Shown here: piece after piece, positions 49,683-56,834 of the stretch
Position numbering within the stretch: position 1 is the first letter of the stretch
Layout of the letters: every line of letters starts with the position of its first letter
Position numbers and translations under genes: made by a program
Notes under the pieces: generated by a model
Databases searched by the model: none
Seen by the model: the letters and a program-made list of their open reading frames with translations, nothing else
Told to the model about the DNA's origin: nothing
Assembly (NCBI GenBank): GCA_016783825.1
Contig: JADHVV010000005.1
Span: 1 to 56,834, forward strand
Direction: 5' to 3'
DNA: 56,834 nucleotides
From: Candidatus Zhuqueibacterota bacterium
GTDB lineage: Bacteria > Zhuqueibacterota > Zhuqueibacteria > Thermofontimicrobiales > Thermofontimicrobiaceae

Positions 49683-49763
49683 ATTTATAATTTGAAAATT
49701 TTTTAATTGACTATAATTGTTTTTATTACTATCTTTATCTTTTAAAATTTCGCACAGAATTTC

Positions 49764-49893
49764 ATTAATGACTCTGTTGATTTAGTCAATTTTTTGGATT
49801 TGAACTACACTATATAGTTGCACACAAGATTATGCAATATAATATATTGACAATTTGAATGTTATAAGGCATAAAATCAACAGAGTCATTAAT
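49764..49893. mobile_element. MITE-like element with perfect 20-bp inverted ends
   Basis: ATTAATGACTCTGTTGATTT / AAATCAACAGAGTCATTAAT. Confidence 0.65.
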
Positions 49894-49937
49894 ATTTAAA
49901 ATCAGTTATTATTTGCATAGAGGAGAGGCACCCGATA

Positions 49938-50909
49938 GTGTTAGAAAAAATTTGTCTGCCAATCAAGAAAGAATTAGAGGAACTCGAACAGGAATTTTCA
50001 TCAATTATAGAAACAGACGTTAAACTCATCCAGGATATTTTTTCTTATGTAATTTCTAATAAGGGTAAACGGTTACGCCCGATACTCTTATTATTATGTA
50101 GTGGCTTAAAAGGAAAATCCACTGAAATATCATTGAAAACTGCTATGATCGTTGAGTTATTGCACTCCGCCACCTTAATTCATGATGATGTGGTGGATAA
50201 CTCAAATTTGAGAAGAGGTAATCCTTCAGTCAACTCAATTTGGGAAAACAAGATATCTGTTCTGATTGGCGATTTTTTATTTGCTCACATTTTTGGCAGT
50301 TTGGTGGGAATGAAGGACAACCGGCTGATTAAAATCATTGCGGAAGTAACTTCACAAATGAGCCAGGGGGAACTGCTCCAAATGGAGCGGGTACAAGATT
50401 TTCAAATGGATGAAGAAACTTACATGAAGTTAATTTCTCGTAAAACAGCCTCGCTTTTAGCAGCCACCTGTCAAATTGGCGCCATTACATCATCAGTTGA
50501 TAATGAAACAAAACACATTGAAAACATGAGGATGTTTGGAGAAAATCTTGGTATCGCATTTCAGATAAAAGATGATTTATTAGATTTTTATGGAAGTCAG
50601 GACGACCTGGGAAAGCCGATTGGAAAAGATTTAATTGAAAATATCATCACTCTGCCTGTTTTATACAGTCTGAAAAACACAGATGAAGACACCCGGGAAA
50701 AAATGCTCTCAATTCTTGAAAATGGCAAAGAAGACGAGATGCAAACCATCATTGAATTTGTAAAAAAATCAGGCGGTCTTAATTATGCCGAAAAGAAAGC
50801 AAATTTTTATATCAAGAGTGCATTAGATTGTTTGGACAACTATCCCCCATCTTTATACAAAGAATCACTTATTCTTTTATCAGAATACATTACTGCACGG
50901 AATAAATAG
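49938..50909 (+). CDS. ispB: Polyprenyl diphosphate synthase
   Basis: GKRLRP, LIHDDVVD...RRG, KTA, FQIKDDLLD. Confidence 0.88.
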   Translation: MLEKICLPIKKELEELEQEFSSIIETDVKLIQDIFSYVISNKGKRLRPILLLLCSGLKGKSTEISLKTAMIVELLHSATLIHDDVVDNSNLRRGNPSVNSIWENKISVLIGDFLFAHIFGSLVGMKDNRLIKIIAEVTSQMSQGELLQMERVQDFQMDEETYMKLISRKTASLLAATCQIGAITSSVDNETKHIENMRMFGENLGIAFQIKDDLLDFYGSQDDLGKPIGKDLIENIITLPVLYSLKNTDEDTREKMLSILENGKEDEMQTIIEFVKKSGGLNYAEKKANFYIKSALDCLDNYPPSLYKESLILLSEYITARNK

Positions 50910-50912
50910 TTT

Positions 50913-51920
50913 ATGAGAAAAATCCCCCGGTTCGTTGTAATAATTTTAATATTTATAAGTTGTTCATCCTCCCAAAAATTTAATCCGGTGGAACAGACAA
51001 GAATTTTAATGGACACTTTTGTCCAGGTTCAAATTTTCGACCAGGACAAACCGGAAGAAGAACTTAAAAGAATAATCGAAGCAACTTTTCAGCGTATAGA
51101 AGAGATTGATAGTATTACAAACAATTACAACGACTCAAGTTTGATTGCGTTTATCAATCGTAATGCCGGTTTAAAGTCAGTGGTGTTGGACAGTATTTTA
51201 GAATACATCATTCAAACAAGTGAAAAAATATCAGAAGAATCCAATGGTTTGTTTGATATCACCATTGGCAGCATCAAACAGTTATGGAATTTTTCTTCTG
51301 ATAACCACCGGATACCAAAATCCGATGAAATTGAAAAGAAACTTAACGATGTAAATTATCAACTCATCAAACTAAAAAATCATAAGATTAAATTTCTTTC
51401 ACCCGGGATCGAAATTGATTTAGGCGCCATTGCCAAAGGATTTGCTATTGATGAAGCAATCCGGGTTTTAAAGAAAAACAATATTACAGATGCAATGGTA
51501 AATGCCGGGGGTGATTTGCGGGCAATTTGCAGTGAATTAACCAGAGGGAAAAGAAAGGTGTGGATCAGGCATCCCAGAATTGAAAATCGCCGCTTTGGTT
51601 ATTTTCAAATGGATAACGGCAGTGTTGCCACATCAGGAGATTATGAACGATTTTTTTTCCAGGATTCAATTCGGTACCATCACATTTTAAATCCCGGAAC
51701 AGGCTATCCAGCCAACGAATGTGTTAGTGTTACTGTCCAAACAGAAGAGGCAATTTACGCTGATGGGTTGTCAACCGCGATATTTGTTTTGGGTCCGAAA
51801 ATGGGAATGGAATTAGTTAAAAAATTAACCGGCGTTGAGGCTGTTATTCTTTTCCTGCGCAATGGAGAACTGGATTGGATTGTTTCAAGTGGTTTAAAAA
51901 ATAGCTTTACTAAACCTTAA
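50913..51920 (+). CDS. apbE: FAD:protein FMN transferase
   Basis: FDITIG, DLGAIAKG, NAGGD, ATSGDYER, HHILNP. Confidence 0.93.
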   Translation: MRKIPRFVVIILIFISCSSSQKFNPVEQTRILMDTFVQVQIFDQDKPEEELKRIIEATFQRIEEIDSITNNYNDSSLIAFINRNAGLKSVVLDSILEYIIQTSEKISEESNGLFDITIGSIKQLWNFSSDNHRIPKSDEIEKKLNDVNYQLIKLKNHKIKFLSPGIEIDLGAIAKGFAIDEAIRVLKKNNITDAMVNAGGDLRAICSELTRGKRKVWIRHPRIENRRFGYFQMDNGSVATSGDYERFFFQDSIRYHHILNPGTGYPANECVSVTVQTEEAIYADGLSTAIFVLGPKMGMELVKKLTGVEAVILFLRNGELDWIVSSGLKNSFTKP

Positions 51921-51937
51921 AGGTTTAGTAAAGCTAA

Positions 51938-52089
51938 TTCTATTTTGTCAGATTAGAAAAATTACCAAAAAGTGTCATTCCGGCACGTTTTTTTGCCGGA
52001 ATCTCCTGCTAAATTCTAACGAGATTCCGGTATTCCGCTTCGCTTCAACCGGAATGACAAACGAATTGTGGTAATGTGACAAAGTAGAA
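51938..52089. mobile_element. MITE with 4-bp TSD carrying a REP-like palindrome
   Basis: TTCTATTTTGTCA / TGACAAAGTAGAA; CTAA on both flanks; inner element 51974-52058; solo end TGACAAAGTAGA at 29044. Confidence 0.7.
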
Positions 52090-52185
52090 CTAATATGCCA
52101 TAAATAACTCATTCTCAAAATTGTGATTAACTAAGATTTTTTTGAACATCAACCGTGATTTATGATTATAACGGAGACGATAATT

Positions 52186-53121
52186 ATGCCAAGAACTTTA
52201 GTAACAGGTGGAGCCGGATTTTTAGGCTCTCACATTTGTGAATATCTTCTGAATAAAGGTCACCAGGTTATTGCAATAGATAATCTGCTTACTGGCTCTA
52301 TCAAAAATATTGAACCGTTGCAATGTGACAATTTTAAATTCATCAAACAAGATGTTACCGAATATTTATACATTGGAGGAGAAATTGATTACATTCTCCA
52401 TTTTGCTTCTCCAGCAAGTCCATTAGATTATTTAGAACTGCCAATACAAACATTGAAAGTTGGCGCCCTGGGGACTCATAAAGCGCTTGGATTGGCATTG
52501 TCAAAAGGAGCACGGTTTCTATTAGCGTCCACTTCTGAAATTTATGGAGATCCATTAATTCACCCGCAGAGTGAAGACTATTGGGGAAATGTAAATCCTG
52601 TTGGTCCACGAGGAGTTTATGATGAAGCAAAACGTTATGGAGAAGCATTAACCATGGCATATCACAGGTACCATAATGTTGATGCAAAAATTGTAAGGAT
52701 TTTCAATACGTATGGTCCAAGGATGCGTCCTAAAGACGGCAGGGCTATTCCAACTTTTATTCCCCAGGCGTTAAAGAATGAACCGATAACTATTTTTGGT
52801 GATGGTTCTCAAACCCGCAGCTTTTGTTATGTATCCGACCTGGTTGAAGGTCTTTACCGATTAATTGTGTCTGACACGAATGAACCCGTTAATATTGGCA
52901 ATCCAATTGAAATGACCATTAAAGAGATGGCAGAAACTGTTATAAAAATTTTAGGAAGCACAAGTCAACTAATCTATAAAGATTTACCAGTTGATGATCC
53001 CAAAATAAGACAGCCAAATATTAGCAGGGCAAAAGAAATATTAGACTGGGAACCAAAAATTGACTTTGAAGAGGGCATAACAAAAACGATTGAGTGGTTC
53101 AAAACACAACAATTAGATTGA
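52186..53121 (+). CDS. UDP-glucuronate decarboxylase (UXS-like SDR)
   Basis: [38 protein letters not shown]. Confidence 0.9.
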   Translation: MPRTLVTGGAGFLGSHICEYLLNKGHQVIAIDNLLTGSIKNIEPLQCDNFKFIKQDVTEYLYIGGEIDYILHFASPASPLDYLELPIQTLKVGALGTHKALGLALSKGARFLLASTSEIYGDPLIHPQSEDYWGNVNPVGPRGVYDEAKRYGEALTMAYHRYHNVDAKIVRIFNTYGPRMRPKDGRAIPTFIPQALKNEPITIFGDGSQTRSFCYVSDLVEGLYRLIVSDTNEPVNIGNPIEMTIKEMAETVIKILGSTSQLIYKDLPVDDPKIRQPNISRAKEILDWEPKIDFEEGITKTIEWFKTQQLD

Positions 53122-53122
53122 T

Positions 53123-54205
53123 ATGAGAGATGATTCATCAACAAAACCACCTCAAAAAATTCTGCTAATTCGTTTAAGTTCAATTGGTGACATATTATTA
53201 ACAACGCCTGTTATCAGGGTTTTGAAATTAACTTTTCCCAACTGTACAATTGATTTTGTGGTCAAAAATCAATTTGCTGAATTATTAGAAAATCATCCAT
53301 CGCTGAACCGGTTGTACAAATTAGAGAAAGGAAACAATAACCAAACATTAAAAAAAATTAAGCGCCAAATAAAAAATAATAATTACGATCTTATTGTTGA
53401 TCTTCACAAGAATTTTCGCAGCTATTGTTTGACTTTTCGAGTCGGGGCAAAAAAGATTGTACGATACACAAAATTTGTATTCCGCCGATTTTTATTCGTC
53501 AAACTAAAGATCAATTTATTCAAACAAATTATTCCCATTTTTGAGCGTTATTTTTTGGCCCTTGTTCCGTTTAACATCCAATACGATGATTCAGGATTGG
53601 AAATATATTTTAATAAACAAACCGAAAAAAAAATAAAAACAACTTATGAACATTTTATAAATAATCAGGATGATATTTTTATCGGCATTGCCCCGGGCGC
53701 CAGTTTCGCAACCAAACGGTGGACTATTGAGGGCTTCCAAAATGTGATCACTTATTTTATTGAGCAGCAAAATGTTAAAATCATCCTTTTTGGTAATAAG
53801 CTTGACAGGGAACTTATTGAATCATTACACATAACAAAAAATCAAAATATATTAAATAGCGCAGGAAATCTTTCCATTTCAGAAACAGGTGTATTGATGG
53901 ATCGATGCCACGTTGTTCTGACAAATGACAGTGGTCTATTGCATTTGGCATCGGCGCTAAAAAAACCGGTTGTCGCCATCTTTGGAAGTACAACTGAAGA
54001 ACTTGGATTTTTTCCATCAACTACGAAAAATATTGTAATACAAAATAGTAATTTAAAATGCCGTCCCTGTTCACATGTTGGCAGGAACAAATGTCTAAAA
54101 GATCATTTTAAATGTATGAAAGATATCACTTCAAATGAAGTAATAAAAGCGGTTGAAAAATTGGTAACCGTTCATAAAGTGAGTAATACAAATTCCAACG
54201 GATGA
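53123..54205 (+). CDS. GT9 heptosyltransferase (WaaF-like)
   Basis: IRLSSIGD, APGA...KRW, NDSG..H.A, C.PC...C. Confidence 0.88.
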   Translation: MRDDSSTKPPQKILLIRLSSIGDILLTTPVIRVLKLTFPNCTIDFVVKNQFAELLENHPSLNRLYKLEKGNNNQTLKKIKRQIKNNNYDLIVDLHKNFRSYCLTFRVGAKKIVRYTKFVFRRFLFVKLKINLFKQIIPIFERYFLALVPFNIQYDDSGLEIYFNKQTEKKIKTTYEHFINNQDDIFIGIAPGASFATKRWTIEGFQNVITYFIEQQNVKIILFGNKLDRELIESLHITKNQNILNSAGNLSISETGVLMDRCHVVLTNDSGLLHLASALKKPVVAIFGSTTEELGFFPSTTKNIVIQNSNLKCRPCSHVGRNKCLKDHFKCMKDITSNEVIKAVEKLVTVHKVSNTNSNG

Positions 54206-54358
54206 GCGGCCAACGGATACGAATTTAAATTTCTGATGAACTTAAATTGTTTTTTTACTGAATGTCTGATGATGTTTTCGTTTAATCAATTTTTTTTAAG
54301 AGGCATTCTAATAAAAAAAATTACAATAGCCAAAATCCGTTGGCTGCTCATCCGTTGG
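54195..54358. repeat. Gene-less CCAACGGAT-arm palindrome
   Basis: CCAACGGATGAGCGGCCAACGGAT / ATCCGTTGGCTGCTCATCCGTTGG; solo arm at 7726-7749. Confidence 0.8.
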
Positions 54359-54498
54359 GCATAATTTTTCTTTTTTACCAGCATGATTTTATCCACTCTT
54401 TATTTATCAGATGAACGGATACAAAAACTGATTTTAATAAAACAAAAATCACCAATAACAAATCACCATTAACCAAACACAAGGAGGTTATTCCCATT

Positions 54499-54846
54499 TT
54501 GGAATCAAAGGAATTAGCCAAATTAATTGCAGATTATTCACTTGAAAAAAAAGCTGAAGATGTTGTTTTACTAAATCTCAAAGATGTTACAACAATAACC
54601 GACTACTTCATTATCTGTTCAGCCGATTCTGATGTTCAGGTGAAAGCCATAACCGATAATATTATTGGAAGATTAAAAGAACAGAAAATAAAGGTTTGGC
54701 ACACTGAAGGTTATCAATCATTGAAATGGGTGCTTCTCGATTTAGTTGATGTTGTTGTCCATGTTTTTCAACCTGAAACACGTGATTTTTTTGGTCTGGA
54801 AAAATTATGGGGAGATGCAGAAATTACGAAAGTGGAAGATTTATGA
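54499..54846 (+). CDS. rsfS: Ribosome silencing factor
   Basis: KKAEDV, DYFIICS, W.L.D..DVVVH.F....R.F..LE.LW. Confidence 0.95.
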   Translation: MESKELAKLIADYSLEKKAEDVVLLNLKDVTTITDYFIICSADSDVQVKAITDNIIGRLKEQKIKVWHTEGYQSLKWVLLDLVDVVVHVFQPETRDFFGLEKLWGDAEITKVEDL

Positions 54847-56495
54847 AAAATATTCAGGAAATATTAGGCGAAATAATCACTAATGCGCTTCAACAACTCA
54901 ACGTTGATATTGATAAATACAAGATTATTTTGGAGCGTCCGAAACAGGAAAATCACGGCGATTGGTCTGTGAACATTGCCATGCAATTGGCTTCTGTTCT
55001 AAAAAAAGCGCCACGACAAATTGCCGAAGAAATAAAAAACAATATTCCTTTTGATTCAGGTTTGATTGAAAAAATTGAAATTGCCGGCCCGGGTTTTATA
55101 AATTTCTACCTGGGGTGGGATTATTTTCGGGAAGCGCTTGGCGCTATAATTCAGCAAAAGCAAAATTATGGTCAAACGGATTGGGGAAAAAACGAAAAAC
55201 TTCAAATAGAATTTGTAAGTGCTAATCCCACAGGGCCTCTCAATGTCGTAAGCGCCCGCGCTGCGACAATCGGCGATATTATGGTGAACCTGTATAATGC
55301 TGTCGGTTTTAAAGCTGATCGTGAAAATTATTTGAACGATTGCGGAAGACAGGTACGGCTGTTAGGTGAATCAGTCAGTAGTCATTATATGGCGATTTTC
55401 AATCGAAATGAAGAATTCCCGGAAGAAGGTTACCACGGAGAATATGTTAAAGAAATCGCCCGTGATATTGCAGATGAACATGGTAATAAGTTCATTGAGT
55501 TGGAAAAGAAAGTGCGAACTCAAAAACTGGCGGACATTGCTCTAAAAGAAATGATCCGGCTGCAAAAAGAGATCATGGACTTATATCGCGTCAATTTCCA
55601 GACCTGGTTTCCGGAAAGTAATGTGCGTGATACAAACAAACACCTTGAAGTCTTGGATTTACTTAAACAGAGGGGATACACTTTCGAACAAGATGGCGCT
55701 ACCTGGTTTCAATCGAGCAAATTTGGCGATGAAAAAGACCGGGTGTTGCTGACCCAGGAAAACGAGCCGACCTATTTTTTAGTTGATATTGCCTATCATC
55801 AGACGAAATACGAACGCGGCTACAAAAAAATGTTTGACATTTGGGGACCGGATCATCACGGTTATGTCCCCAGGATGAAAGCAGCGCTCCAGGCGCTTGG
55901 TTATCCGCAAGACAGTTTTGATGTTGAAATTGTTCAACAAGTTAATCTGTTACGCGGCGGAGAGGCGGTGAAGATGTCAAAGCGAGCAGGGCAGATCATC
56001 GAGATGAAAGAAGTCATCGATGAAGTTGGTGTTGATGCTGCCCGGTTCTTTTTTGTAAATCGAAAAAGCTCCAGCCACCTGGATTTCGATATCGACCTGG
56101 CAAAAAAAGAGACTGATGAAAATCCTGTCTATTACGTTCAATATGCCCACGCCAGGATATGCAACATAATTAAATTTGCCGGAGAGCAGGGGATAATTCC
56201 TGACGACCAGGTTGATTTGAATTTATTAGTAAAAGATGAAGAAAAACAATTGATCAAAAAACTGCTTCAATACCCGGATGTGATTTCCGGCGCAGCTCAA
56301 TCGTGGGAACCTCATCGGTTGACAACTTATCTCCAGGAACTGGCGGCAACCTTTCATCGTTTTTATCATTTTCACCGCGTTGTTTCGGAAGATAAATCGT
56401 TAAGCAAGGCACGCTTGACTTTAACAAAAGCCACTAAAATTGTGTTGGCAAATGGATTTAAGATTTTAGGAATTTCAGCGCCGGAGAATATGTAA
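54843..56495 (+). CDS. argS: Arginine--tRNA ligase
   Basis: AGPGFIN, EFVSANPTGPL, GPDHHGY, MSKR.G, YVQYAHAR; ATG overlaps the rsfS stop codon. Confidence 0.96.
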   Translation: MKNIQEILGEIITNALQQLNVDIDKYKIILERPKQENHGDWSVNIAMQLASVLKKAPRQIAEEIKNNIPFDSGLIEKIEIAGPGFINFYLGWDYFREALGAIIQQKQNYGQTDWGKNEKLQIEFVSANPTGPLNVVSARAATIGDIMVNLYNAVGFKADRENYLNDCGRQVRLLGESVSSHYMAIFNRNEEFPEEGYHGEYVKEIARDIADEHGNKFIELEKKVRTQKLADIALKEMIRLQKEIMDLYRVNFQTWFPESNVRDTNKHLEVLDLLKQRGYTFEQDGATWFQSSKFGDEKDRVLLTQENEPTYFLVDIAYHQTKYERGYKKMFDIWGPDHHGYVPRMKAALQALGYPQDSFDVEIVQQVNLLRGGEAVKMSKRAGQIIEMKEVIDEVGVDAARFFFVNRKSSSHLDFDIDLAKKETDENPVYYVQYAHARICNIIKFAGEQGIIPDDQVDLNLLVKDEEKQLIKKLLQYPDVISGAAQSWEPHRLTTYLQELAATFHRFYHFHRVVSEDKSLSKARLTLTKATKIVLANGFKILGISAPENM

Positions 56496-56499
56496 CTTT

Positions 56500-56834
56500 G
56501 GCATGGTGCATGGAGCAAAGCGCATGGCATAATATCACAATCCTATGCGCCATGCGCCTTGCTCCATGCGTTTTTATTAACAAACAGATGCTAACATATT
56601 AAATTACCATAACGCACTAAAGTGCAGGCGAAGGCTGAGGCGAAGGCGAAGGAAAAAAAAGAATATCCTTGAATCTTATACCTTGCTTCGCCTTTGCCTT
56701 CGCCTCAGCCTTTTCGTTGTAATAGTAATTGATCTTTATTAAAAAACTTTTGCATAAAAAACAAAGATTCAACTGGTAATACTATAACGCACTAAAGTGC
56801 AGGCGAAGGCTGAGGCGAAGGCGAAGGAAAAAAA
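56500..56834. repeat. CATGG-arm palindrome followed by AGGCGA-arm palindrome, whose left part is duplicated at the window end
   Basis: 56609-56659 identical to 56784-56834; CATGG family also at about 37480-37560 and 43695-43765. Confidence 0.75.

Noticed and set aside
56609-56834. CRISPR array
   Set aside because: Only two copies, 51-bp low-complexity repeat, spacer over 120 bp, no cas genes
1-56834. tRNA/rRNA genes, prophage, autonomous transposase, and the remaining short antisense ORFs in the track
   Set aside because: No recognisable signatures by eye; the short ORFs overlap well-supported genes on the other strand or in another frame

Overview
AT-rich bacterial chromosomal window. Gene style suggests an anaerobic FCB-group organism such as KSB1 or Calditrichota (an impression, not a classification). 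From left to right it contains: a uronate/sugar-nucleotide cluster (partial SSS transporter, uxaC, galU, plant-type glucuronokinase-like kinase, galK-like kinase); dinB; a polysaccharide-modification cluster with a D-glucuronyl C5-epimerase; a repeat-filled 1.2-kb intergenic region with Tn7/Mu-like mini-ends; three orphan antitoxin-like genes; a ~16.5-kb minus-strand respiratory cluster; a MacAB-TolC-type exporter; a small redox operon; a nagB fusion; a GxxExxY gene with an internal stop; ispB, apbE, a UDP-GlcA decarboxylase, GT9, rsfS and argS. The respiratory cluster encodes a Tat NHL protein, a duplicated-repeat membrane protein, HdrC-like Fe-S proteins, NrfC/NrfD, a Mo-bisPGD subunit lacking the usual Cys ligand, a heptaheme cytochrome and an anchor-less fumarate-reductase-like pair, and is interrupted by three toxin-antitoxin pairs. 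Strongest signals not shown by the ORF track: (1) two neighbouring candidate selenoproteins (in-frame TGA plus SECIS-like hairpins) at 44178-44685; (2) a TA-carrying integron-type cassette with a 57-bp attC fused to the remnant of a displaced gene allele; (3) a dense set of nested MITEs and tandem-unit palindromes in nearly every intergenic gap, with one copy 'filled' by a GxxExxY nuclease gene; (4) the unusual respiratory cluster and its attenuator-like leader. No rRNA, tRNA or CRISPR array was seen. All calls come from motif recognition by eye; no database searches were run.
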